A DNA stretch of 46,055 nucleotides from positions 8,792 through 54,846 of the forward strand of contig CAYOYV010000009.1 of NCBI GenBank assembly GCA_964408285.1, in the 5' to 3' direction. Position 1 is the stretch's first letter; the number at the start of each line of letters is the position of its first letter. This document shows positions 7,053 to 16,605 of the stretch, in pieces. The DNA is from an uncultured Nitrososphaerota archaeon (lineage in GTDB: Archaea > Thermoproteota > EX4484-205 > JAAOZO01). Position numbers and translations under genes: made by a program. The notes below the pieces were generated by a model. That model was not told the origin of the DNA, did no database searches, and saw only the letters and a list, made by a program, of their open reading frames with translations.

Positions 7053-8316
7053 GAAATCTCATCCAACCCTCCATTCTCTCCCAGCTCCACTCATAGTCCT
7101 GTGGGACTGCGTAGCCATAGACAATTGCGCCCCTCCACACTGAGAATTGAGGAGAATCTGTTGTGATGACGCTTACATCTGATATTTTCTGTCTCTGCAT
7201 CAACATCTTGAGCTTTGTGGCCGCGTCGGTAGCTGAATCCTGAACTCCATCGGGAGTTCTCCAGGAGAAGTTGCCCCCCGATAGTAGTATCTGTCTGTAG
7301 AGGTGAGGCTGCAACTCAACTGGCGTTCTCTCGACTGATTCGACTATCGCCTCTCCCAAGTCAAGCATCCCTCTGAAGTTGATATCGCCTATCTTCACAT
7401 CACTCGGCTTAGGCATTCCACGAGCGAAATAGCTCCCAAAGATTTCATTGTTGGGATCGAAAACATATTCTCCTATGAGAAATCTCATCCATGAGCTCTC
7501 GGATAGATCGACCTCTATTCTTGTGCCTTCAATCTTGCACCTCGCCCTAAATCTCTCTGGTTCATTCTTCGCTGCCTGTATGGATCTGCTGAGATCCAAA
7601 GGGACAAGGCCTATCGTCTCCTTGATGCGCCTAACGAGTGATTCCTCATGGGCAAGGTCTCCATAACCTGTGTCTCTCAGAATTTCCGATGTGATGTTGT
7701 TGCCATCTCCTCCCCCTCTGTTTAATGCGACTATCGCGTTCCTTATGGGATATCTTGAGATGGGAGCAACCTGTGTGTTCCCGTGTCCACTTTCCAGTAC
7801 CACGCAGGTCAGGATCTTGTGGGCAATCGCAACGCACAGGGGTTGAGGGATTATTGTGACTGCGGATATTGTGCCGTCTGCTTCACCGATTTCCCTGAAT
7901 GCATTGAGAAATCTTTCATACATGTATCTAGGAGTCACCGAGGATAGGGAGGCGACCAGATGGAAACCTCTGAAATCTGCGTCAGCAGGCCTGAATCTGT
8001 TCAGGGCATACCTTGAGAGTTCCTTCACGACGATCCATGCCCTTTCATCATCCTTCTCGATTATTCCGTTCTTCATAGGGTATATGAGCCTAGAAGACAG
8101 ATCTTCCCGAGCCTCAAGGTAGAATGGGATTTCCTTGCCAACAATTACATCGGCCTCGACCCCTGCAATCTTCGACATTATAGATCTCCTGTCGGGAAAA
8201 TAGCCCCTGTTCTCCAACATCTCTGGCATCTCGCCCAAGCTTATCGGTCCGAACTTGAAATCCCTCGTTCCAAAATCCATGCCGAAGATATATTTCTGCT
8301 TCAACGCCTCAGACAA
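7045..8316 (-). CDS. cren-1: Crenactin (archaeal actin homologue)
   Basis: Actin-fold motifs: phosphate-1 FGMDFGTRDFKFG, YPMKNG, connect-1 IPQPLCVAIA, phosphate-2 ESGHGNTQVAPI, LNRGG, RFLIGEYVFDP, adenosine ILLSGGNFSW, connect-2 PQFSVWRGAIVYGYA. These match crenactin rather than MreB/ParM; 423 aa. Confidence 0.95.
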   Translation of the reverse strand: MSEALKQKYIFGMDFGTRDFKFGPISLGEMPEMLENRGYFPDRRSIMSKIAGVEADVIVGKEIPFYLEAREDLSSRLIYPMKNGIIEKDDERAWIVVKELSRYALNRFRPADADFRGFHLVASLSSVTPRYMYERFLNAFREIGEADGTISAVTIIPQPLCVAIAHKILTCVVLESGHGNTQVAPISRYPIRNAIVALNRGGGDGNNITSEILRDTGYGDLAHEESLVRRIKETIGLVPLDLSRSIQAAKNEPERFRARCKIEGTRIEVDLSESSWMRFLIGEYVFDPNNEIFGSYFARGMPKPSDVKIGDINFRGMLDLGEAIVESVERTPVELQPHLYRQILLSGGNFSWRTPDGVQDSATDAATKLKMLMQRQKISDVSVITTDSPQFSVWRGAIVYGYAVPQDYEWSWERMEGWMRFHA

Positions 8317-8357
8317 GATGGTCTACAGCCTATTGTTGATCATGTTGGACTGATTGC

Positions 8358-8364
8358 TTTAAAA
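8358..8364 (-). promoter_or_regulatory. TATA box of the crenactin operon
   Basis: TTTTAAA on the minus strand about 42-48 nt upstream of the crenactin TTG, in the 69-bp gap. Confidence 0.5.
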
Positions 8365-8385
8365 CCTTCAGCACACCCAGTCTCC

Positions 8386-8979
8386 TCAATGAAAGTGCAA
8401 AATCTTAGCTAGCCTATGGACGAAGTCGTCTCCCTCGATGCCCATAACTTCACGTAGGATGCCTTCAGGCTTCATTGTGAATGAGTTGTAGGTACCCTCA
8501 ATGCTCAGGGCCCCAGCCGACGGATAGGCATTCACTGTGATGTCTCGTCCAGATGCCCGAATCGAGAAGCAGAAGTTACCCCCTTCTGCCACTCGCAGTT
8601 CTTTTCCATGGGTTGTCCTCGCCTTGAGCAATATCCTTTGGAAGTCAATCGGACCTCTTGCCGAAATCCTTAGTTCGCAAAGAGGACTCTCAATGGTGGC
8701 AATTCGAAGAATCGACTCAATAAATGAAATTTCACTGACGCTTCTAAATCCAACGGACACTGCATAGTACCCGTCCCTTCGCGCAGTTGGAAGAAATCTG
8801 TATACGATGCCACCTTCCGTGAGATAGTCCCCGCCCTTTATCTCCCATACCTTTGTTTTTTCCTTGATCCTCTGGAAAACAAGCTCCTCCATCCTATCCG
8901 CCGAAAAGCTATTCCCTCTGTCGCGAAGATACACGGTGATAGCTCCCCCATAGACAACTTGATTCCCATTCTCGACCAT
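8386..8979 (-). CDS. Hypothetical soluble alpha/beta protein upstream of crenactin
   Basis: 197-aa ATG-started ORF filling the gap between the permease and crenactin; no confident family motif. Confidence 0.65.
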   Translation of the reverse strand: MVENGNQVVYGGAITVYLRDRGNSFSADRMEELVFQRIKEKTKVWEIKGGDYLTEGGIVYRFLPTARRDGYYAVSVGFRSVSEISFIESILRIATIESPLCELRISARGPIDFQRILLKARTTHGKELRVAEGGNFCFSIRASGRDITVNAYPSAGALSIEGTYNSFTMKPEGILREVMGIEGDDFVHRLAKILHFH

Positions 8980-9007
8980 GCTCTATTCGCTATCTTGCAG
9001 AAACGTT

Positions 9008-10348
9008 TTATCGTTTTCCGAAGCTCATCTGAAGGTCGACTTGGCGATGGGTTAGACGCGCACGCGACCCTCTTGTGTAGATCACGTACCAGCTCAATCC
9101 CGCAATCGCTACCAGGCCTCCTAGGAGAACCGTTCCCAGTCCAAGGCTAAGACACAGGGCACAGCTCATCATCAAACCGGCCAGGCTATGAAGAGGACGA
9201 ATTGGTGACTTGAAAGGGACATTGTTTCTGCTGGATCGGTATAGCTTGAAGGCAGCATAGTTCGTGAAGATGTGGGTGAAAAGAATGCAGAAGCTGGCAA
9301 GGGAAGCCAATCCAGTTATGTCTATTGACATGGCAAACATCACCATTATGATTCCCGAAAGGATGATCGAATATATGGGGGTGTCAAACCTCGGGTGCAC
9401 ATCCGAAAGGATAAGGGGGACCTCCCCGTTGCGAGCCATGGCAAAGAAGATCCTAGACTGTCCCATAACTGATGTCAGAATGACGCTGAAAGTTGCCACT
9501 AGGGCGCCAATTTCCAAAACGGACCTCAATCCCAAGGCCTCCGCAGCATCTCCTATGGGAGTCACCGATGCTCCGAGCTTTTCATACCCGATCAACCCAA
9601 CGGCAGTAATCGCTGTCAGGAAATACAACAACACTGACAAAACAAGGGCGATTATTATGGCAGCAGGTATGTTCCTTTCTGGTTGCTTGATTTCCTCTGC
9701 GGTCGTGGAGATTCTGGGAAAACCTATGTAGGCGAAGTAGAAGAGTCCAGCAGCTTGGACTACGGGGAGAAAGCCGTTGGGGAATGGATTGCTGAAATTT
9801 GATATTTCGATTTGGGACAGTCCAATGAGCAGGAAAAGCAACAAGGCGCCAATCTTCACTAGAACGAGGACATCATTCACCATTGCTGATAGCCTGATCC
9901 CCATCACGTTCAGGAAGACCACGATTGTGAGGATCACGATGGCCGCTGTCTTGAATGGAATGAAGGTGAGAATGGATGATAGGTAGTATCCGAATCCGAT
10001 GCTCGCGGTTGCTCCAAGAACGATGTTTCCCAACACCCACATCCAACCAAGAAGGAATCCCGTCGAGTGAGATATGATCTCGTGGCCATACTCGTAGACT
10101 CCGCCTGCTCTTGGCATCGCCGACCCAAGTTCCGCGAAACTCAGGGCCGAGAATGTAGCGCTGAGTCCAGACAGAAGAACTGAAAGAAACACGCTTGGAC
10201 CGGCCATGCCTGCTGCCGCCCCGATTACGACGAATATCCCTGCACCGATCATCGCACCAAGACCAATGGAGACAGCGTCGAGCAGTCCTATCTTTCTCTT
10301 AAGAGATGATCGAATTGCATCTGGTGCCGTAGTCGACAATTTATTCAC
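9008..10348 (-). CDS. APC-family amino acid permease
   Basis: GAMIGAGIF, FAELGSAMPRAGGVYEY, FYFAYIGF, AEEIKQPERNIP and SRIFFAMARNG motifs; about 12 TM. Confidence 0.93.
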   Translation of the reverse strand: MNKLSTTAPDAIRSSLKRKIGLLDAVSIGLGAMIGAGIFVVIGAAAGMAGPSVFLSVLLSGLSATFSALSFAELGSAMPRAGGVYEYGHEIISHSTGFLLGWMWVLGNIVLGATASIGFGYYLSSILTFIPFKTAAIVILTIVVFLNVMGIRLSAMVNDVLVLVKIGALLLFLLIGLSQIEISNFSNPFPNGFLPVVQAAGLFYFAYIGFPRISTTAEEIKQPERNIPAAIIIALVLSVLLYFLTAITAVGLIGYEKLGASVTPIGDAAEALGLRSVLEIGALVATFSVILTSVMGQSRIFFAMARNGEVPLILSDVHPRFDTPIYSIILSGIIMVMFAMSIDITGLASLASFCILFTHIFTNYAAFKLYRSSRNNVPFKSPIRPLHSLAGLMMSCALCLSLGLGTVLLGGLVAIAGLSWYVIYTRGSRARLTHRQVDLQMSFGKR

Positions 10349-10443
10349 TTTTCACGAAGATGGCGTCTGATAAGACTATCTCTGGCGTCCGCAATAGCGC
10401 TCCCAATAGGTTTAATTCAGTGGAGGCATCGCTTCGAAGTCAT

Positions 10444-11088
10444 ATGGCCACCAGAAAAATCTACTATGAGGATCAATACCTGGCGAGCTTCGAAGCGAAA
10501 GTGATCCAAATATCCGGAACTGAGTTGCTACTAGATGCGACCGCTTTCTATCCCTCAGGCGGAGGCCAGACATATGACACGGGAGAAATAGAGGGAATCA
10601 AGGTCATTGGTGTGAGGAAGGAGGACGACGTCATCGTACATTCGCTCGAACGGCAGCCCAGTCTAGCTATTGGCGACACGGTATCATGCTCCTTGGATTG
10701 GCCAAAGAGATACAGGACAATGAGGCTACACTCAGCAGCGCATTTGGTGTATTATGTGATGAAAGAATTCTTCGAAACCGAGCCAGCGTCTTCAGGGCTT
10801 GTTGATGATCAGAAAGACAGGAATGACTACGTATTCGAAGCTGGAATAGACAGAAGCAGACTGGAACTCGTAAACGGAAAGGTCAATGAATTGATAAAGG
10901 CTGCTTGGCCGGTATCTACATGGCAAGAGGGAGAGATCAGATTTTGGAAAATAGATCCCTATCCTGCAATGAAATGCGCAGGGACTCACGTGAGGAATCT
11001 GGACGAGATAGGTCCGGTCGAGGTCAGGAGAGGAAAGAAACCTGGTAAGGGGAAGGAGAGGATCGAAACAACATTGCTTAAACCTTGA
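10444..11088 (+). CDS. alaXM: Alanyl-tRNA editing protein AlaX (AlaX-M type)
   Basis: TAFYPSGGGQ, Zn ligands HSAAH and CAGTH, GKGKERI. ATG 10444 preferred because TTTAAT at 10411 lies inside the longer ORF. Confidence 0.9.
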   Translation: MATRKIYYEDQYLASFEAKVIQISGTELLLDATAFYPSGGGQTYDTGEIEGIKVIGVRKEDDVIVHSLERQPSLAIGDTVSCSLDWPKRYRTMRLHSAAHLVYYVMKEFFETEPASSGLVDDQKDRNDYVFEAGIDRSRLELVNGKVNELIKAAWPVSTWQEGEIRFWKIDPYPAMKCAGTHVRNLDEIGPVEVRRGKKPGKGKERIETTLLKP

Positions 11089-11232
11089 GACAGCAAGAAT
11101 GAGGTCTCTGGCTACATCGGAATTAGGAAACGTTCTGATTTCATTCCTTGCCGAGTCGCGTCCAGCTAGCGCGCGATGATGGTAGACTCTCCCGCAAGAA
11201 ATTAATAACGGCATCATCCGTTCAAGGAAGGT

Positions 11233-11799
11233 TTGAGGCTTACCATTCAGCCCCTGCTGGCTGTCAACCCTCAAGAAATCGCACAAGTCGTTCCAATGCT
11301 TTCAGACACATTCGGGTTTGATGATATCATAATGGAGCAACCTTTGATGGAGATCCCAATGGAGCTGTTTGAGAGAAGACGATTCCAATATTCTGCTCAG
11401 GGATTGCTGGAGCTAGTCTCCAGAGCAGGCAAGGGCAGAAACCGGATTTCCCTAGGGGTCATTGAAGCAGATATATATCATCCTGGGCTCAATTTCGTCT
11501 TCGGACTTGCTAGGCCGGGAGAAGCCGCGGTCATCTCTCTGTGCAGACTTCGCCCCGAATATTATGGGCCTAGGGCCGATGCTGAGTTGTTCCGAATGAG
11601 GGTAGTGAAGGAAGCTTCTCATGAGCTGGGCCATGTGCTTGGTCTGGACCACTGCCGTTCTTTCTCATGTGTCATGTTCTTCAGCAATTCAATTGCGGAC
11701 ACGGATAGAAAAAGCCATGAGTTTTGCAGATCATGCAAAGAAAGGCTATCGAGCTCAGAATCGCATTCAAATGGGAATCTCAGACGCATACAACGATAG
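11233..11799 (+). CDS. amzA: Archaemetzincin (Zn metalloprotease, M54)
   Basis: LNFVFGLA, HELGHVLGLDH, Met-turn CVM and the Cys4 site C-x4-C...CRSC. Confidence 0.93.
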   Translation: MRLTIQPLLAVNPQEIAQVVPMLSDTFGFDDIIMEQPLMEIPMELFERRRFQYSAQGLLELVSRAGKGRNRISLGVIEADIYHPGLNFVFGLARPGEAAVISLCRLRPEYYGPRADAELFRMRVVKEASHELGHVLGLDHCRSFSCVMFFSNSIADTDRKSHEFCRSCKERLSSSESHSNGNLRRIQR

Positions 11800-11984
11800 A
11801 GCGTTCTTCTCAGGCGGTTCCTACGATGCATCTGAAGACGCCAGTTCGCCCATTTTCTATTCTAGGTCGCCTATTGTTGGGCCAAGCATGGTCTCTTTGC
11901 GTCCTGCCTACTATTTCTTGTTCGAATAAGGTACAGAATAGATGAAAGGGAAACTTAAAAGAAGCCCCCAGTCAAATATCGCAA

Positions 11985-12167
11985 ATGCTCCTAAAATCGA
12001 TCATGTTCAATGTTTTCACTATAGCGCTGGGCGCCGGTTTTCTATACTTCGGGTATGAAGCTTATCTCATCAGCAATTGGCCTATTGCCTTTCTGGGCAT
12101 CGTAGGTGGAGCAGCGATAATCCTGTTCTCGATAGCCCTGATAGTTTTGAAGATCGTAACAACGTGA
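11985..12167 (+). CDS. Small two-TM membrane protein
   Basis: 60 aa with two hydrophobic helices; AAACTTAAAA box about 30 nt upstream. Confidence 0.65.
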   Translation: MLLKSIMFNVFTIALGAGFLYFGYEAYLISNWPIAFLGIVGGAAIILFSIALIVLKIVTT

Positions 12168-12253
12168 TCATGACAAAAACCGGAGGAAAGGCCTTCGGCC
12201 GCAGTTGTCGATTCTCCATGGGGCATTTGATCACCTCGATCAGGACAGGCTTT

Positions 12254-13204
12254 TCATCTCGGGATGAGATCAGCGACAAGTATTTCCTCTTCGTTCCAGG
12301 AATTCGCTCTCTTGATATATCCTCTCCCCTCCGACCCTTGCAGTCGCTTGCCTACTATCGAAGACCTGCCCTCAAATGGGATGTCGAACATCATACCGAC
12401 CATCATGGGATTTATGCCATATTGCAGTTGATCGTAATCCTGCACCTTGCTAAGAATCCCAGTCTCCCATTTTTCCTCTTCCTCAGGAGTCCACAGTGCA
12501 GGATTTGCGGAAGGCTGGACTAGGACTTCGGCTCCTTGACTTGCCAGCTTTCCCACGACATCCGTGAAAAAGGCATCATAGCATATGGCCAAGCCGATCC
12601 TAGCGAACCCTAGATCCATGATTGACATTTCCTGCAAATCTGAAGATTCAACATCTAATCCTTTCTTGCCCTCAAGATCCACCAAATGGACCTTTCTCTG
12701 CTTGTGGATGATCTCTCCGGAAGGAGCAAAAATGAACGAGACATTGTACACATTCCTTCCAACCGGTTCAAGGCGATCGTAGCTTTCAAAGTCGGGCAAT
12801 AGAAGGCTGCCCCCGATCAGATGGACTCTGAATCGAGAAGCCATATGCTTCATGGCGCCAAAGTACATGCGGGCGATATCCCTAGCCTTGAGGAGATACA
12901 GGGCCCTAACATGGCCAATGCCCTTCTGCAATCTCAACAACGATACATTGACGATATTGCGTCGTATCAGGCCTGAGGCAACGGAGGCGAACGATTTGAA
13001 TTCACCAGGTCGGACCCGACAAGCAGCTAGGATAAGCGGGGTCCCGAGGTCCTCCGGAAATATGACAAGATTGGGCAGTTCCTCTGAAAGAAAGGGCTTG
13101 ACCTTTGTCATCGCAGATTCCGTCTTGTCAACAAAGGCTTTTTCACTGAGGTAATTCTCGACTTTCCAGCTCATCTGAACGGAAATGGCTCTGAATGGCC
13201 TCAG
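12254..13204 (-). CDS. Carbon-nitrogen hydrolase (nitrilase superfamily), probable CTG start
   Basis: Glu-Lys-Cys triad contexts IFPED, RKVHL and AICYD. The frame stays open upstream of ATG 13174 as (L)RPFRAISVQM, the family's first beta-strand, back to CTG 13204. Confidence 0.85.
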   Translation of the reverse strand: MRPFRAISVQMSWKVENYLSEKAFVDKTESAMTKVKPFLSEELPNLVIFPEDLGTPLILAACRVRPGEFKSFASVASGLIRRNIVNVSLLRLQKGIGHVRALYLLKARDIARMYFGAMKHMASRFRVHLIGGSLLLPDFESYDRLEPVGRNVYNVSFIFAPSGEIIHKQRKVHLVDLEGKKGLDVESSDLQEMSIMDLGFARIGLAICYDAFFTDVVGKLASQGAEVLVQPSANPALWTPEEEEKWETGILSKVQDYDQLQYGINPMMVGMMFDIPFEGRSSIVGKRLQGSEGRGYIKRANSWNEEEILVADLIPR

Positions 13205-13250
13205 CTCGATTACCGATTTGGGTGATCCGATGCCGGATATATGGATATTC

Positions 13251-13538
13251 TCAGAACGACACAGGCGCTTTGACGGACATGAGAAAGAGCGCCATCATAA
13301 TTGAACCGATCACAACAAGCCAGAAAACGAGATCGATTGCGAAGGCCACGAGATTCAGCTCCCATTTGTCAACTGGCCCTGCAATGGTGTTCAATGTGTG
13401 CCTTCTCCAAGGAATCGGCAGGCCGAAGTCAACATGGACGAAATCAGGCATGTTCCTCTCTATCCCGCTTAATCCCGTCAAGAGGCAAATCATCAGGGCG
13501 GATATCACTATTATCAATATTTGCTCGACAATGGACAT
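13251..13538 (-). CDS. Small membrane protein (2 TM)
   Basis: From ATG 13538: TM helix, FGLPIPW loop, FAIDLVFWLVV helix. TTTATC box about 30 nt upstream. Confidence 0.65.
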   Translation of the reverse strand: MSIVEQILIIVISALMICLLTGLSGIERNMPDFVHVDFGLPIPWRRHTLNTIAGPVDKWELNLVAFAIDLVFWLVVIGSIMMALFLMSVKAPVSF

Positions 13539-13683
13539 GTTGATTGCGAAGTTTGCTCGACCTGACTGATAAATGTCTTTCGTGTAGCTGTCTCTGCTGA
13601 TCGCCTGAGCGCGGAGCACAGACTTCGCGGGTTGATCGAAGCCAACACTTAACTAAGCCATCGCCCTGATTTCGTCGGTTCGA

Positions 13684-14274
13684 TTGGCGTGCGCAGACGA
13701 GAGGGTCGCCGACCTTGAGACAATTCGGCGTCAGGTGAACACGTGCACGAAATGCCCGCTTCACCGAACAAGACGCAAAGCTGTTTTTGGAGAGGGGGAC
13801 TCACATCCCATTGCGATGCTGATTGGTGAGGCCCCAGGTTACAACGAAGACATTGAAGGGAAGCCCTTCGTGGGCGCTGCAGGGGAATTCTTGGACGAAT
13901 TGCTTTCGATCTGCGGCCTCAGAAGGGAATCAGTTTTCATAACTAACATCGTGAAATGCAGACCGCCGAACAACAGGGAACCAACCGACCTCGAGGTCTC
14001 ATCTTGCAAGCAATACCTGGATAAACAGATTGAGCTAATCAACCCAAAAGCCATAGTCGCTCTCGGAAACGTGGCATCTCTGAATGTCATGAGTCGCTTC
14101 GGAATAGCTTGGGCTCCTATGGGGACTATCCACAGCAAGATATTCCGTGTTGCAGTCCCCGCGGGTGTCCTCAAGATTGTGCCAATGTACCACCCGGCTA
14201 CTGCGCTCTACAAGCAACCGTTGGCAGAGACAATGAAGGAAGACTGGGCTAGACTGCGACAGGTCGTGACATGA
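13684..14274 (+). CDS. udg: Uracil-DNA glycosylase family 4 (Fe-S)
   Basis: CTKCPL, IGEAPG, GKPFVGAAG, TNIVKCRPPNNREP and YHPA motifs. Confidence 0.95.
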   Translation: MACADERVADLETIRRQVNTCTKCPLHRTRRKAVFGEGDSHPIAMLIGEAPGYNEDIEGKPFVGAAGEFLDELLSICGLRRESVFITNIVKCRPPNNREPTDLEVSSCKQYLDKQIELINPKAIVALGNVASLNVMSRFGIAWAPMGTIHSKIFRVAVPAGVLKIVPMYHPATALYKQPLAETMKEDWARLRQVVT

Positions 14275-14293
14275 ATCTGCCAGGCTCGGCCGA

Positions 14294-15010
14294 CTATCTC
14301 ACGGGAATGTACTTCCTGTATCGAGCTAGGTACCGAGTGGGCGCCACGGGGAAATCCGTCACGAGACCCAGACTCGCGTAATACATTATGGCGTTGAGAA
14401 TGCCTCCCCTGCGTATTCTACGAGCCGATGTTGTCACTCTTGGCTCGGGGAGGTATACTAGCTTACCATCATGCCGGAGCTTTTTTGCCATTGCCGCATC
14501 CTCGAGAGGCGCATTTGGGAAACCCCCGGTCTTTGAGAAAGCTCTTCTACTGATCGCTGCATTGAATCCCAGCAACTCGCCTTGCCCTAAGAGGCTTTTC
14601 GTCAACAGGTAGTTATTTGCCATGTCCTGTACTATCTTGAGTGGCTTGCTCCTTCTATCGAACCTGAAAGCGCACGACAGTGCGCAGATCTCTTCGTCCT
14701 GAAGGATAGCATGTATCGCTTCCAGATAGTTTGGTGGCGCGGCGGTGTCAGCATCGATGAATATTAGAATCTCTCCCTTGGCGATCGAAGCTCCTCTGTT
14801 CCTTGCGAGCCAGATGCCATGCTCAGGAACGCTCAGCACCTTGTCGGCATACTTCTTTGCCAATCTCGGAGTATTGTCATGGCTGTCGCCATCAACTACG
14901 ATCAATTCGAAGTCAACACAACTCTTCTGGGTCACCAAGGACTTCAGGGAATTCTCTATGTACTCCTCCTCGTTGAGTGCAGGAACGATGAATGAGGCCT
15001 CAGTCATCAA
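14294..15010 (-). CDS. Glycosyltransferase family 2 (paralogue of 2129-2842)
   Basis: SFIVPALNEEEYI, VVDGDSHDNT, ARNRGA, FIDADT, LED and TSARR motifs. Confidence 0.92.
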   Translation of the reverse strand: MMTEASFIVPALNEEEYIENSLKSLVTQKSCVDFELIVVDGDSHDNTPRLAKKYADKVLSVPEHGIWLARNRGASIAKGEILIFIDADTAAPPNYLEAIHAILQDEEICALSCAFRFDRRSKPLKIVQDMANNYLLTKSLLGQGELLGFNAAISRRAFSKTGGFPNAPLEDAAMAKKLRHDGKLVYLPEPRVTTSARRIRRGGILNAIMYYASLGLVTDFPVAPTRYLARYRKYIPVR

Positions 15011-15063
15011 GACAGAGCATGTTGAGGGCGGTTTTATGCGTTTATGATGTCTTTCTTCCGTCT

Positions 15064-16389
15064 CTAGGTGTGTACGCGCCGACTGATTGATCTAGCCAGT
15101 CGGGCAGTTCTCTCGGCAAGCTTGGAAATACTAGCTCGGCCGATTTCGGGGATTGCACTATCTAGCGCATCATTCAGTGGAGAAGACCACTTTGCCGGGA
15201 TGGAACTTGCACCTTTCAGGACACCAATGATGGAACCCAGGGTTGCGCCATTGCAATCAGTATCCATTCCACACATTACTGCGGTCGTGATTGATTTCTC
15301 GAACTCGCCTTCACCCACCAGCAACGAAAGGACGATCATCGCTGCGTTGTTTATCGTGTGAACTGGATGATAGTGCCCATATTTCTCTGAGACTCTGCTC
15401 CAAAGTTCCTTCCAGTCTTGGGTTTCCCTGTACCATCCCATCACATCAACTATCGCACGATGTAGCCTTGAGGATCGAGGTATCTCTGACAGAGCCGACC
15501 GTATCATTCTCTCAATGTCGCTTTGTACGAATGCAGCGGAAATAAGGGAGGAGAAGAACATCTCCCCGTATATTCCGTTCTTCACGTGGGAGAGAACAGA
15601 ATCCCTGTACGCGAAATCGGAGGCTTGATTCGGATCTCCCGGACACACATACCCCCAAATGTCCGCCCTGATCTGCGCTCCTATCCATTCCCTGTATGGA
15701 TTGAGATATGTAGCTGTATCAGGCGGTTGGATGCCATTTATCAGATTCCTATAGGCGGCCCTTTCTGCTGTATAGACTCGATTATAGGGCAGCTTGTCAA
15801 GCCATTCCCGACCAACATCCTCGGTCCTGAAATCTGCTCCATGCCTTTCCAGAATCATCAGGTTCAATACCGTGTAGTCAATGTCGTCATCCCGAAGAGC
15901 ATGTGTTATCCTCCCCCTCAAGCCTGTTTCATAGTATCCCCGGTCAAAATCAAATCCGGCAGGATGTGGAATGACCTCCGGAATGAAGTCAGACAATGGA
16001 TATGAACCGGCTATCATCAGATATCGTTCTATCTTTTCCTTTGTCCAGCCTTCGACGGGCTTTCCCAGCATACAACCTATGCACCGCCCAAGCCACCCTC
16101 CATGGATTTTGTCTGAGATCTCAACATCTGACAACTGCGATTTCTCTCTTGCAGATGACCTTTCACTCCTTCTGCGTATGTCTTCCAGCTGATTGGGCTC
16201 CTCCTCGCGTGCAAGATCTTGGGGGTAAATCCTCGACAGGACATTCCATATCTCGAGAAGGGCTCTCTCCTCTTTCGCAGAAGAGATCATCTGCAATAGA
16301 GCTTGTTCGTCGTCTGCCACCCTGCAACCTTCTTCCCTCCTTTCTTGGATCTCGAATATGAGTATAGTCCTCAATTCATCCAGATTCAT
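15064..16389 (-). CDS. ADP-ribosylglycohydrolase family protein
   Basis: GRCIGCMLGKPVE, DDDIDYT, EWIGAQIRAD and Mg-binding DTDCNGAT motifs. Confidence 0.88.
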   Translation of the reverse strand: MNLDELRTILIFEIQERREEGCRVADDEQALLQMISSAKEERALLEIWNVLSRIYPQDLAREEEPNQLEDIRRRSERSSAREKSQLSDVEISDKIHGGWLGRCIGCMLGKPVEGWTKEKIERYLMIAGSYPLSDFIPEVIPHPAGFDFDRGYYETGLRGRITHALRDDDIDYTVLNLMILERHGADFRTEDVGREWLDKLPYNRVYTAERAAYRNLINGIQPPDTATYLNPYREWIGAQIRADIWGYVCPGDPNQASDFAYRDSVLSHVKNGIYGEMFFSSLISAAFVQSDIERMIRSALSEIPRSSRLHRAIVDVMGWYRETQDWKELWSRVSEKYGHYHPVHTINNAAMIVLSLLVGEGEFEKSITTAVMCGMDTDCNGATLGSIIGVLKGASSIPAKWSSPLNDALDSAIPEIGRASISKLAERTARLARSISRRVHT

Positions 16390-16605
16390 GTGAAACAGAA
16401 CCTGAAGAACCTATTAAAAAACAGAACGTGAAATTCACCTTCGTGCACGAATCACCAATGTCTCGATTGGAGCTGCAGATGGCAAATAGGCTGAATTGGA
16501 CAGCTCGCGGGGTTGATTTAAGGCAGATATGAGTTCAGTCGACCGAGAATCGTTCGCAATCTTTATATGGATGAGAATGGACATCGCAAAATCAGTGGAG
16601 ATATC

